Positions 10,423 to 20,184 of a stretch of DNA of 60,186 bases are shown here, piece after piece. Position 1 is the first letter of the stretch. Each line of letters opens with the position of its first letter. Position numbers and translations under genes: made by a program. This stretch comes from an uncultured Lachnospiraceae bacterium (lineage in GTDB: Bacteria; Bacillota; Clostridia; Lachnospirales; Lachnospiraceae), in assembly GCA_949879775.1 (NCBI GenBank), contig CATLBW010000001.1:1-60186 (forward strand), written 5' to 3'. The notes beneath the pieces were generated by a model. It had not been told where the DNA came from, made no database searches, and saw only the letters and a list, made by a program, of their open reading frames with translations.

Positions 10423-11436
10423 ATGACTGAAAATTTAGGACATTACATTCCCAAACATCTCCGGCGTGTGTTCCGGCGGCGCCTGGTTCCCCCTATCCTG
10501 TATCTGATCATCCTTGCAGCCCTGTGGCTGCTTCTGCCGCTGTATGACATTTTATTCCCGCCTGTCCTTGACAGGCTTGATAACCTCCCGGATTACAGCA
10601 ATGCACATTCCTCTTACGTCTCTGCAAAATTAGAGAACCTGTATTTTACCGGGTACACAAACAGCTCTTTTGGAAGGACCAACGGTTACTATTATTATAC
10701 CTTACAGGACAAAGAATGCGTGATTGTCCTGTTAAGCCCCCGCACCTGCGAAGAAGGGCTGCCCCAAATAAGCTCTGTGCAGATCCGTGGACGTGTCCTC
10801 AAAAGGGACGCTGCCTATGACGCTTTATTGGAACATTTATCCCAGGACTTAAATTGGACAAAAGAAGGGATCTCCCAGAAGACCAGCAATTATTTTATCA
10901 GCGAGCCGGCGTTCCGCTTAACCTCAAGCGCTTTGCTGGTGGGGCTTTATTTCGCGACAGGCGCATATGCCCTTATCTCCACGCTCCTTTGCATACTCTA
11001 TATATGCCTGCCGACCCTTTCCCCCGCTTGCCGCCAGCTTAGACGTTTCGGCAAACCGTCAGCCCTGTTGGCACAGGCAGAAGAAGAGCTTGCCACGCTG
11101 CCGCAGCTAGCAACGGAGGACATGTTTATCACAGAACATTTCTTTATCGTGCTTGCCAACTACGGCGCCGCCATAGTGCCCATAAAGGAAATTATCTGGA
11201 TTTACAAATATTCTACCATGCACAAAATTTTATGGCACCACTTTAGCATTTCCTACACGCTGCATATTACTGCCAACAAACATTTGTACATCCAATGCCC
11301 AAAAAACATGAAATCTGACATTGACGGCGTCATGGATTACCTGTCGGAAGCGAACCATGATATACTGGTGGGTTTTAACGAAGAAAATCGCCTGAAAGTG
11401 AAACAGAAAACCATGCGGTTGAAATGTATGCCCTAA
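10423..11436 (+). CDS. Conserved membrane protein (DUF6709-like)
   Basis: 337-aa ORF with AGGAG RBS, two TM regions and a TTGATT-17-TATACT promoter at 10313-10341. Confidence 0.55.
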   Translation: MTENLGHYIPKHLRRVFRRRLVPPILYLIILAALWLLLPLYDILFPPVLDRLDNLPDYSNAHSSYVSAKLENLYFTGYTNSSFGRTNGYYYYTLQDKECVIVLLSPRTCEEGLPQISSVQIRGRVLKRDAAYDALLEHLSQDLNWTKEGISQKTSNYFISEPAFRLTSSALLVGLYFATGAYALISTLLCILYICLPTLSPACRQLRRFGKPSALLAQAEEELATLPQLATEDMFITEHFFIVLANYGAAIVPIKEIIWIYKYSTMHKILWHHFSISYTLHITANKHLYIQCPKNMKSDIDGVMDYLSEANHDILVGFNEENRLKVKQKTMRLKCMP

Positions 11437-11555
11437 AACCTTCATTCATTTTCCGCTCGGTAAAGGAGGGACAGATAGTACAAGCGGCTTTTAACGCCTC
11501 CCGGCTGCACTTTTCAAAATTGAACATTGTATCATCAATATCAAGGAAAATTGCC

Positions 11556-12194
11556 TTATATATTGTGCAGCTCCCCTATAAAATAAAAACCATTCGACTT
11601 ATGGCCGTTCATGGTTGTAAAAGTCAAATGGCTATATTCCAACTCTGAAAAGTCGCTTAAAAGCTGTTTTATCCATGCTTCATCATGGTGACGGCAAACT
11701 GCGCCCTCTGGTAATTCAAATATGCCATAGATACCGTAGGCTTCTTTGAATTTTTCATAACGGGAAAGGTTGCGCTCATCTGTATTCAGCAGGAAATCAT
11801 TTACATATAAAATCCCCTGTGGTTTCAGCACCCTTTTAATTTCTCTCAATAGCTGTTCCTGTTCCCCGTTGGTCTGTATGCAGGTTAAAACAGCAAAAAG
11901 TATAACCGCGTCAACGCTTCTGTCCGGCAGAGCGATTGCAGCATTTTCTTTTACCCTTAAATCAAGGTATGGAAACTGTTGCTTTCCTCTGCCTATCATA
12001 CCGCTTGAAAAGTCAAGCCCTATCAAATTCCGATAGCCATTATGGTATAATTCATCAAGCGTCCGTCCATATCCGCATCCTACGTCAAGAATACGGCTTT
12101 CTCTTATTACATATCTTGAAAAAGCTTCTGCTTGAAATGGAGTTGTAAACTCTTTCTTCCCTGACACACTGTTCCAGTATTCGTCTTGTTTCAT
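11556..12194 (-). CDS. Class I SAM-dependent methyltransferase
   Basis: ILDVGCGYG, GLDFS, EIKRVLKPQG. Confidence 0.88.
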   Translation of the reverse strand: MKQDEYWNSVSGKKEFTTPFQAEAFSRYVIRESRILDVGCGYGRTLDELYHNGYRNLIGLDFSSGMIGRGKQQFPYLDLRVKENAAIALPDRSVDAVILFAVLTCIQTNGEQEQLLREIKRVLKPQGILYVNDFLLNTDERNLSRYEKFKEAYGIYGIFELPEGAVCRHHDEAWIKQLLSDFSELEYSHLTFTTMNGHKSNGFYFIGELHNI

Positions 12195-12346
12195 TTGAAT
12201 TGACCCCCTTTTCTTGAAGTAGACAAAAATTTGTAATAGTCTATTATACAAATATCTGCCAAACATTAAAAGAGTCAGAAAATCCCTACTGCTTCTTAGC
12301 GTTATGCGAAAATGATTTGATACAGGGCTGCCGTTAACTATAAGTA

Positions 12347-12787
12347 TTACATATCAAGCCACTGGATAAACGCCGTCTTGTCTGTACTATTGTAGCCTGC
12401 ATTCCGATAGAAATCCAGTGTCTCCTTTTTTTGGCTTCCCGTCAGCAGCATCATCTTATAACAATTCTGCTGCATTGCTATCTGCTTTGCATATTCTAAG
12501 CATTCTGACGCGAAACCCTGCCCTCGGCAGCCTGTATGGGTAACAACATTTTCCACAAACGCATACGGACGCACGCCCCTTGTCAAATTGGGGATGATAA
12601 CACACACGCAAGAAGAAACAATTTTCCCAGCAACCTCGTTTACTATAAGGTGGTGGTTCCTATCCTCTAAAATCTGTTCCCAGGTGTTGGACAAACGCTC
12701 TGATTGTTCAGGGATAGAACTCTCATGCAGGCATAGATACAATGTTAAAATCCCCTCTAAATCCTTTTTCCCAGCTTCCCGTACCAT
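12347..12787 (-). CDS. GNAT family N-acetyltransferase
   Basis: VENVVTHTGCRGQGFA acetyl-CoA motif; FYRNAGY. Confidence 0.88.
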   Translation of the reverse strand: MVREAGKKDLEGILTLYLCLHESSIPEQSERLSNTWEQILEDRNHHLIVNEVAGKIVSSCVCVIIPNLTRGVRPYAFVENVVTHTGCRGQGFASECLEYAKQIAMQQNCYKMMLLTGSQKKETLDFYRNAGYNSTDKTAFIQWLDM

Positions 12788-12816
12788 TGCGAGCTAACCC
12801 CCCGCCATCATTTTAT

Positions 12817-13785
12817 TTATTGCAAAAGCGACAATATGCCCTGCTTGCTCTGGTTCGCCTGCGCAAGCATTGATTGCCCCGCCTGCATCAGAATATTATT
12901 CGTGCTATATGCAACCATTTCCTGCGCCATATCCGTATCACGTATCCTAGACTCCGCAGAAGTTGTGTTTTCGGCAATATTATCAAGGTTGGCGACCGTA
13001 TGTTCCAAACGGTTCTGTGTCGCCCCCAGGGAAGAGCGCATCTCGGAAACAAGGTTGACTGCATTCTGCACCAGTTTCATTGTCCTTCCTGCATTCTCAT
13101 AGGAATTGACAAAAAGGTTCTGCTTAGGGTTATAAATGTTCTTCTTGCCAGTCGCCACATCATATGACATCCAGTTCAAATATGCGGTATCCCTTTCATC
13201 AATGATCTCTATATAATCAATAGATGGCACTGACTCCAATATTGTGTCAAGCCTGCTTGGGTTATCAAACACCAGCGACAGTCCCAGGGCATGCGTGTCC
13301 ATTGCCTTTATCTCAACCTCAATGCCCTGCCCGGAAAGCGCGCCTACCTGAAGGTTCTTGCCCCTAAAGGAACCGTCCAAAAGGTTCATGGAATTAAACT
13401 GGGTTGCACTGGCAACACGGTCTATCTCCATTCCCAACTGGTCAATCTCTTTTTTGATGGCGTCGCGGTCAACCGTAGTATTCGTGTCATTCGCCGCCTG
13501 CGTAGCCAGTTCGTTCATCCTCTGGAGGATGGAATGGACTTCGCCAAGCGCGCCCTCCGCCACTTGAATCAGGGAAACGCCGTCCTGCGCATTATTGGAT
13601 GCTTTCCCTAACCCCCGGATCTGGGAACGCATTTTCTCAGAAATGGACAAACCCGCAGCATCATCCGCAGCGCTGTTAACCCGATAACCAGAAGATAACT
13701 TCTTTATTGAATTAGATTGTTTGGACGTTACGCTGCCTAACATCCGATTCGCATTTGCTGCTTGTAAATTATGCTGTATAACCAT
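12817..13785 (-). CDS. fliC: Flagellin (short, orphan)
   Basis: LSSGYRVNSAADDAAGLSISEKMRSQIRGL, LQRMNELATQAAND, LGATQNRLEH, ESRIRDTDMA, QAGQSMLAQANQ. Confidence 0.95.
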   Translation of the reverse strand: MVIQHNLQAANANRMLGSVTSKQSNSIKKLSSGYRVNSAADDAAGLSISEKMRSQIRGLGKASNNAQDGVSLIQVAEGALGEVHSILQRMNELATQAANDTNTTVDRDAIKKEIDQLGMEIDRVASATQFNSMNLLDGSFRGKNLQVGALSGQGIEVEIKAMDTHALGLSLVFDNPSRLDTILESVPSIDYIEIIDERDTAYLNWMSYDVATGKKNIYNPKQNLFVNSYENAGRTMKLVQNAVNLVSEMRSSLGATQNRLEHTVANLDNIAENTTSAESRIRDTDMAQEMVAYSTNNILMQAGQSMLAQANQSKQGILSLLQ

Positions 13786-13862
13786 ATATGCCTTCTCCCT
13801 TAGCTCTTTATATTCTTAACACCTCTTGCATCTTTCGTATGTAGTATATATAATATTTATTT

Positions 13863-13889
13863 ATATCGGAATATTATGGCAAAACCTTA
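13863..13889 (-). promoter_or_regulatory. sigma28 (FliA/SigD)-type promoter of flagellin
   Basis: Minus strand TAAG-N15-TCCGATAT, close to the TAAA-N15-GCCGATAT consensus. Confidence 0.75.
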
Positions 13890-13918
13890 ACCTCTCCCGT
13901 ATTCGAAGCATTTCAATT

Positions 13919-13950
13919 AAAAGCCGGGACCTTGCCAGGTCCCGGCTTTT
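13919..13950 (-). terminator. Intrinsic terminator after the DUF1002 gene
   Basis: AAAAGCCGGGACC/GGTCCCGGCTTTT. Confidence 0.8.
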
Positions 13951-13978
13951 GGCCTCATACACCTTACCAACCATTTAT

Positions 13979-15070
13979 TTAGGAAAACAGCCCCTTGAAG
14001 AAATCAAAGACAGATTGAAAGAACCCGGCGACCTTATCGAAAAAACCTCCGGCGTCAATCTTAGAAAGCTTATTATATAATTCTTCCGCCTGGTTCTTTA
14101 TGGAGTCCCAGTCGAGGTCAAGCTGCCCTATTTTCTTAAGCAGCTCTACTAGCTGCGAAACCTCATCCTCCGAAAGGGTAATGTCGAACTCTTCACAGGC
14201 TTTGCCAATCACCTCGCGGATTTCCCCTTCGTCGCTCAAGCCTTTCGAGAGCACTTCCTGTTTCAGGTAGGCAATCAATTCCTCTACCTTCTGCGAATCG
14301 CCCATTTTTTTCGCCAAATCCCCGGTAAGGACCAGCTCGTTTAACGCTGTGTCCATGCTCTCCTCCGTAACTTCCTCCCCGGTCATATCAGAATATGCTT
14401 TCATGGCCCCCACAAGGGCGGCCGTCCCTGAAATAGAAGTAGGAGCAGCCACAATAATATCTGCATCCGTAATCCCGGCTGTAATCAGGGCATTCTTATA
14501 CATACCGATTGTGCAATAAGAAATATTTTTTGTCGTAATGTTGATCCCATGCCCCTTCTCCCTTTTCACGATAAGCACGGAAGAAAGGGAACGCGTGCCA
14601 ATCTTGCTGGCGTCTACATAGTTCCCTAAGTATTGGTGTTCTTGCTCATTTGTGATATAAATCACATCATAGTCGGCAAGCTCCGCAGGATTAATGCCCA
14701 AAAGCCCCAGCACTACGGCCTGCTGTTCCGCAGTCAGGTTCGCCCCCAGCGCAAGGTACGGCTTATCTTCTTTTGTAATTGGCTCTGTCACTTCCCCGGC
14801 CTGCCCGGAAGCGTCCACTGCCTCCCCTGTATCTGCATGATCCCCCTCCTGCCCGGAAGCGTCCTTTGCTTCCTCTGATTTTACATCGTCCTCTGGCTGC
14901 GTTTCCCTAGGAATCCCGCCGCCCTCCGGCATTTGTTCGCCTGCTTCATCATTTTGGGCGTACTGCTCCCCACCGTCCGCAGGTCCTGACGCCATGGCGC
15001 TTGCTGACGGCAGGACAGCAAAAATACATACTGCCAGCAGCGCAACCCACCTTTTGATGCTCTTCTTCAT
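13979..15070 (-). CDS. DUF1002 domain secreted protein
   Basis: Signal peptide; LALGANLT..Q, ITNEQEHQYLG, MYKNALITAGI, SGTAALVG. Confidence 0.85.
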   Translation of the reverse strand: MKKSIKRWVALLAVCIFAVLPSASAMASGPADGGEQYAQNDEAGEQMPEGGGIPRETQPEDDVKSEEAKDASGQEGDHADTGEAVDASGQAGEVTEPITKEDKPYLALGANLTAEQQAVVLGLLGINPAELADYDVIYITNEQEHQYLGNYVDASKIGTRSLSSVLIVKREKGHGINITTKNISYCTIGMYKNALITAGITDADIIVAAPTSISGTAALVGAMKAYSDMTGEEVTEESMDTALNELVLTGDLAKKMGDSQKVEELIAYLKQEVLSKGLSDEGEIREVIGKACEEFDITLSEDEVSQLVELLKKIGQLDLDWDSIKNQAEELYNKLSKIDAGGFFDKVAGFFQSVFDFFKGLFS

Positions 15071-15109
15071 ATTTTCCTCCATTCCTGTACGTTCCTGTAC
15101 AAATTATTT

Positions 15110-16036
15110 TTACAGATGTTCCTGTAACCACCTGTAAATATCCTCATATACATTTTCGCGGTCCAGCTCGTTCAATATCTCATGGCGGTCGGTTGGATAC
15201 AGCTTTAAACTTATGTCTTTGATACCCGCCTGCTGATAAGCCCCATACGCTTTCTTCACGCCTGCCCCATAATCGCCTACCGGGTCATCCTCCCCTGACA
15301 CAAAGAACAGCGGAAGGTCTTTGGGGATCATCTGTATATGCGCAGGCTGGTTAATATAATAAATGGTATCAAAAAGGTTATAAAAACCATTCAGGGTAAA
15401 CTGAAAGGTACATCGCGGTTCCTTGACGTAAGCATCCACAATGTCCCTGTCTTTTGTCAGCCAGGCACTTGGCCCTTCATCCTCAAACTTCTTATTATTC
15501 CCCGAAAACACCTGCTTTTCCACAAAACCACCGCGATGGCCCCAGCCATGGATACGAGCCTGCAGCCTGCAAACCCTCTTGCCCATTTTCACTGCGCTGT
15601 CTGACTGTGTGCCAGTACCCATAATGACAGCGCCGGACAAACCTGCCCCATGCTTAGACAGGTACTTGCGCAATAGGAAAGAACCCATGCTGTGCCCCAG
15701 CATGAAGTAGGGGGCCTGAGGGTATTCAGCCTGGACTTTATCGCGGAGCTGGTGCAAATCCTCAACCACCAGGTCGCTTCCCCGCTCGGGTGCAAAATAT
15801 CCCCAGAATTCCTGAGACTGCACGGATTCCCCATGCCCTAAATGGTCGTTCCCGGCTACCACGAAACCCTTTTTTGTCAAATATTCCGCAAATGCCTCAT
15901 AACGCTCGACATATTCTATCATACCATGGCTGATTTGCAGGACAGCCCTTGCCCCCGCCTGGTCCGGCTCCCATTTTACCGCGTGGATCTGCGTCTTCCC
16001 ATCCGAAGACAGGAACCCAAATATACTCTTTTTCAT
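15110..16036 (-). CDS. Alpha/beta hydrolase (lysophospholipase family)
   Basis: HGMIEY, DHLGHG, GHSMGS nucleophile elbow, DPVG, RHEILNE. Confidence 0.9.
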   Translation of the reverse strand: MKKSIFGFLSSDGKTQIHAVKWEPDQAGARAVLQISHGMIEYVERYEAFAEYLTKKGFVVAGNDHLGHGESVQSQEFWGYFAPERGSDLVVEDLHQLRDKVQAEYPQAPYFMLGHSMGSFLLRKYLSKHGAGLSGAVIMGTGTQSDSAVKMGKRVCRLQARIHGWGHRGGFVEKQVFSGNNKKFEDEGPSAWLTKDRDIVDAYVKEPRCTFQFTLNGFYNLFDTIYYINQPAHIQMIPKDLPLFFVSGEDDPVGDYGAGVKKAYGAYQQAGIKDISLKLYPTDRHEILNELDRENVYEDIYRWLQEHL

Positions 16037-16099
16037 ACAAATCTCCGTTCTGCTGCCGCCGAATGCGGCTTTTATCAAATATCCATGCAGCCTTGCTTT

Positions 16100-17017
16100 T
16101 TACCCCTGGATATCTTTCACTAATGTTTTCGCCTGCTCAGCTATCTTACGCAGGCCGTCCCATTTCTCCTTCTGCTGTGCAAAATCCTGCTTTGCTTTCT
16201 CCACCTTTTTTGAAATATCCTCACACTGTTCCTGTATAGACTCGTTCCCCAGGGTTTGTTCCATCTCTTCCTGAAGCTCTGCAACTGGCAGACCAAGCAT
16301 TTCCTCCCCGACAGACACGCAGGCGCTCCTTGCCTGCCCTAGCCGTTCAAACTGCTGCTTTAAGCGCTCCTCCACTTCCTCTATCTCTGCCCTGGACTTC
16401 TGCCATTTCATCCCTACAATCTGCATCTGCTGTGCCAACGCTGCCGTTGCCTGCTGGTATTGGTCTGACATCCCGCGGACTTCTTCTGCTGCCTCCACAA
16501 ATTTCTTTCCGCTTTCTCCCATCCTTCCTGCCTCGATGGCAGCATTTAGCGACAACACTCCCATCTGCTTGCCAAGATCTACCACATCCTCTAACATCTT
16601 GCGCATTTCTTCCATGCCATTGCTCAGTTCCGTAGTAATGGGAGCTATAATTTTTACCAGGGAAACCGGGGTTTCCGCTTCTATCCCCTTCGCTTCCTCC
16701 TGGGCCTGCCCATGTTCTTCCCGGAGGCTTTCTTGCTTCCCCACAATTTCTTCCGCCTGCTGCAAAAGCTTCTGACGGTTTTCCATCTGCCGCTGTGATT
16801 CATTAGAGATGCCGTCTGCCGCCGTTGTAATCTTCTTAAGCTGGCGCTCTACCTCACGCTGCTCCCTTTCTATCTGAGAAATCCGCTGCCCTGCCTCTAT
16901 CCACATCAGGCTCATTTTCCCTATCTGCTGCTCCGCCTGCTCCAAAGCTGCCTGGCATATTGCTAATTCCTGCTCTTTGTCCCTAATCTCCTGTTTCCGG
17001 TTTGTCATTCCAAACAT
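16100..17017 (-). CDS. Small soluble coiled-coil protein with an MCP signalling motif
   Basis: QMGVLSLNAAIEAGRMGESGKKFVEAAEEVR; no TM or sensor domain seen. Confidence 0.75.
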   Translation of the reverse strand: MFGMTNRKQEIRDKEQELAICQAALEQAEQQIGKMSLMWIEAGQRISQIEREQREVERQLKKITTAADGISNESQRQMENRQKLLQQAEEIVGKQESLREEHGQAQEEAKGIEAETPVSLVKIIAPITTELSNGMEEMRKMLEDVVDLGKQMGVLSLNAAIEAGRMGESGKKFVEAAEEVRGMSDQYQQATAALAQQMQIVGMKWQKSRAEIEEVEERLKQQFERLGQARSACVSVGEEMLGLPVAELQEEMEQTLGNESIQEQCEDISKKVEKAKQDFAQQKEKWDGLRKIAEQAKTLVKDIQG

Positions 17018-17078
17018 GGCTCTTCCCTTTCTCCTCTATAATTTTATAACGATATGTATTTTAATTTGCCAACAAAAG

Positions 17079-18845
17079 TCAACAAAAATCTTTCACTATA
17101 ATCTGAATGCTCTCCCTTCCATTATATCTGTTAATTTCCGGGTAATATACAAAAGAGGCTGTCATACTGCCGCCACCGCCCGCCATCGCCTGCCCTAACG
17201 CCTGGCTTCCATATTTTTGCTCAAGAAAACTTAACAGCCGCTTTGGCTCGCCAAAATACAACGCCGGCATCACTGCAAAGCCTTTGCCCCTCACCTGCAT
17301 TTTACAGACGTTTTGGTTATTACCCAAAAAACTGAAGGATAAGATTTCAATATCCTTATCGGCAAATACCGGCTTCTCGTTAGATTTACCAAATGGCTCT
17401 AATATACCCAGCTCCTCGACTAAGTCCTTCGAAATGTAAGACAATGGCATGGGGACGTCTATCGTAATTTTCCCACACAGGTCTTCTTCTGTCAATGTTG
17501 TATTCTCATTTAACCGTCGGCGAAAAAGCTCTACATGCTCCATAGGCAGGGACAAGCCCGCCGCCATCGGATGGCCTCCATATTTTGTGAATAATTCCTT
17601 ACACTTTGACATCTCCTCATACATGGAATACTGCTCAATGGAACGCCCGGAGCCTTTTACGCCGTCCTCACTTTTCGTCAACACAAATACCGGACGGTTA
17701 TACTGCTCCCGGATGCGCCCGGCTATAATCCCCGCAAGGCTCTCATGGCAGTCCGGAAGGTAGATTACCAGGACTTTATCTTCCTTAAGCCCCATATGCT
17801 CTACCATCTCTTTTGCCTGCAAAACCCCCTGCTCTGTCAGCTCTTTGCGGCTCGCATTCAGGTCATACAATTCATCTGCATACTGCGCCGCCTGATATTC
17901 GTCTTTTGCAAGCAGCAGCAAAAGCGCGCGTTTTGCCGTATCCAGCCTGCCGCTGGCATTAAGGCATGGCCCCAGCACAAACCCGATATGGTATGCTTTT
18001 ATCGACCCTAAGGGGATCTTATTCCGTAAGGCCAGGGCGCGCATACCATAATTCCTTGTCTGGTTTAAAGCTTTCAGCCCTTCCTTAACCAACACCCGGT
18101 TCTCACCCTGCAAATCCATAACGTCGCCTACCGTGGCAAATGCAGCATTTTCCAGATATGCAAGCGCTTCCCCTGCCGGCAGCCCCAGCTTCGCATAAAG
18201 CGACTGGACCAGTTTAAAGGCAACCGCCGCGCCGCACAGCTCCTTAAATGGATACGGGCAATCCGGCTGCTTGGGGTTCACCACCGCATCCGCCGGGGGG
18301 ACCAGGTATGCCCGCTTCCCCTTTGCATCCTCCGTATAAGGCGTCTCATGATGGTCCGTAACAATTACCTCCATGCCTAATTCCTTTGCCAGCGCAATCT
18401 CCTGATAAGCCGCAATGCCATTATCACAGGTCAGCAGCATGTCCGCCCCATCTTCCTTTGCCTGGCGGACCAGACGTTCATTCAGCCCGTAGCCGTCCGC
18501 TACCCTGTCCGGAATCACATAGTCAACCTTGGCATGGCAGCGGAGCAGCGCCGAATACAGGATATAGACAGACTGCACGCCGTCAATATCATAATCTCCC
18601 AGAATACGGATATGCCCTCCCTGTATAATCTTCTCCTGCAGCATCCTGGCCGCCAATATAATATCCTTCATCTGCGCAGGGTCATTGAGGTCCGCAAGGG
18701 AGCCATGAAGGTACTCCTCCATAGCCTCATCGCCCACAACCTCCCGGTTGCGGATAATTCTGGCTGTCACCTGGTCTATGTGGAAACGTTTGGCTATCCC
18801 TTTAAAATCTGCTCTTTTTGCCGATACTACCCATTTCTTTCGCAC
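17079..18845 (-). CDS. recJ: Single-stranded-DNA-specific exonuclease RecJ
   Basis: GDYDIDG, TCDNG, TDHH, NASGRL, KGSGRS, GGHPMAAG, LEPFG; GTG start with AGGAGG RBS. Confidence 0.95.
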   Translation of the reverse strand: MRKKWVVSAKRADFKGIAKRFHIDQVTARIIRNREVVGDEAMEEYLHGSLADLNDPAQMKDIILAARMLQEKIIQGGHIRILGDYDIDGVQSVYILYSALLRCHAKVDYVIPDRVADGYGLNERLVRQAKEDGADMLLTCDNGIAAYQEIALAKELGMEVIVTDHHETPYTEDAKGKRAYLVPPADAVVNPKQPDCPYPFKELCGAAVAFKLVQSLYAKLGLPAGEALAYLENAAFATVGDVMDLQGENRVLVKEGLKALNQTRNYGMRALALRNKIPLGSIKAYHIGFVLGPCLNASGRLDTAKRALLLLLAKDEYQAAQYADELYDLNASRKELTEQGVLQAKEMVEHMGLKEDKVLVIYLPDCHESLAGIIAGRIREQYNRPVFVLTKSEDGVKGSGRSIEQYSMYEEMSKCKELFTKYGGHPMAAGLSLPMEHVELFRRRLNENTTLTEEDLCGKITIDVPMPLSYISKDLVEELGILEPFGKSNEKPVFADKDIEILSFSFLGNNQNVCKMQVRGKGFAVMPALYFGEPKRLLSFLEQKYGSQALGQAMAGGGGSMTASFVYYPEINRYNGRESIQIIVKDFC

Positions 18846-18906
18846 AACCCTTTCCTCCTGAAAGCATAATAGCAAAAGATGGTGACTTTTTCAAGAAATT
18901 ATGTTA

Positions 18907-19052
18907 AGATTGGCAAGAGGATTTGACCAAAGGAGGGACCCACGTAGTGGGGGGATTCCTTAGGTCTCTTTGAACAGGCAAAAAAGCAAATCGAAGCTAG
19001 GAGGAGCCCTGATGCCTCGTACCGGAGCCACAAAAACAGATTGGCAAGAGGA
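18907..19052. repeat. 15-bp direct repeat (AGATTGGCAAGAGGA) enclosing a REP-like hairpin
   Basis: Identical copies at 18907-18921 and 19038-19052; internal AAGGAGGGACCCACGTAGTGGGGGGATTCCTT. Confidence 0.7.
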
Positions 19053-19063
19053 GGTAGTAATTC

Positions 19064-20047
19064 ATGAACCCACTGAAATTAGTTGAAATACTGAAAAACC
19101 ACACCGTTTATATACAGACGCACAACTTTCCCGACCCGGACGCCATTGCCAGCGCATTCGGCCTGCAAAATTTCCTGGCATACCACGGCGTCCCCGCCAC
19201 CTTATGTTATGACGGAAAGATTGACCGGCTCAGCGTCAAAAAGATGCTGGAAACCTTTGGCATTACCATGTATTCCAAAAATGACGTGCCGGACATGACC
19301 GAGGCCGATTACATCGTATTGGTAGATTCCCAGAAAAAAAACAGCAACGTCACAGACTTAATCGGCGATGAGGTAGCTTGCATCGACCACCATCCCATTT
19401 TTTTCACCAATCACTACCTTTACCAGGATATCCGCCCGGTAGGTTCCTGTTCCTGCCTGATTGCATCTTATTTCCAGAGCACGGACACCCCTATTGAGCC
19501 GAAATGCGCGGCCGCGCTCGCCTACGGCATCAAGATGGACACCGCTGACTTTACCAGGGGGACAACCACATTGGACACAGAAATGCTGTCCTTCCTTTTT
19601 TCTCATGCAGACTGGGAATTAGTCTCCGACATGTATTGCAACACCATGGAATTTAACGACCTCCAGGCATATGGGGCCGCCATCCAGAATATACAGATTT
19701 TTGACCGGACAGGCTTCGCCTATATCCCCTTTAACTGTGCTCCAGCGCTGATTGCCATAATTTCAGACTTTATCTTATCACTGGACGTTGTGGACATTGC
19801 GGTAATCTATGCCATGCAGACGGACGGCATCCGCTTTTCTATCCGCAGCGAGCAGAAACGAATCCATGCCGGCAGCCTCATCGCCCGGGTTCTTGCGCCC
19901 TACGGCGATGGCGGCGGGCATCCTTCCATGGCGGGCGGCATGATCCCTTCCGCAAACCTGCCTTTGCTGGGGGAAGACAGCCACACCACCATCCAGGATG
20001 CTTTTTTGTCCGCAATCTCTGAAATGGAAGCCCAACAATGCACGTAA
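19064..20047 (+). CDS. DHH/DHHA1 family phosphoesterase (NrnA-like)
   Basis: HNFPDPDAIAS, LVDS, IDHH, GGGHPSMAGG. Confidence 0.88.
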   Translation: MNPLKLVEILKNHTVYIQTHNFPDPDAIASAFGLQNFLAYHGVPATLCYDGKIDRLSVKKMLETFGITMYSKNDVPDMTEADYIVLVDSQKKNSNVTDLIGDEVACIDHHPIFFTNHYLYQDIRPVGSCSCLIASYFQSTDTPIEPKCAAALAYGIKMDTADFTRGTTTLDTEMLSFLFSHADWELVSDMYCNTMEFNDLQAYGAAIQNIQIFDRTGFAYIPFNCAPALIAIISDFILSLDVVDIAVIYAMQTDGIRFSIRSEQKRIHAGSLIARVLAPYGDGGGHPSMAGGMIPSANLPLLGEDSHTTIQDAFLSAISEMEAQQCT

Positions 20048-20051
20048 AAGA

Positions 20052-20100
20052 GCGCTGCAAAGAGCTGGATTCATATAATATGAACCGCCCTTTGCAGCGC
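20052..20100. terminator. Hairpin between convergent DHH gene and asnS
   Basis: GCGCTGCAAAG/CTTTGCAGCGC outer stem with inner TTCATA/TATGAA. Confidence 0.6.
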
Positions 20101-20184
20101 CCTCTTACATTCAGGGCAGTAAAAACCGGCGCGCTTAACGCCAAAAACAAAGTCTTTTGCCGTTTCCCATAAAGCCCTTACTGA

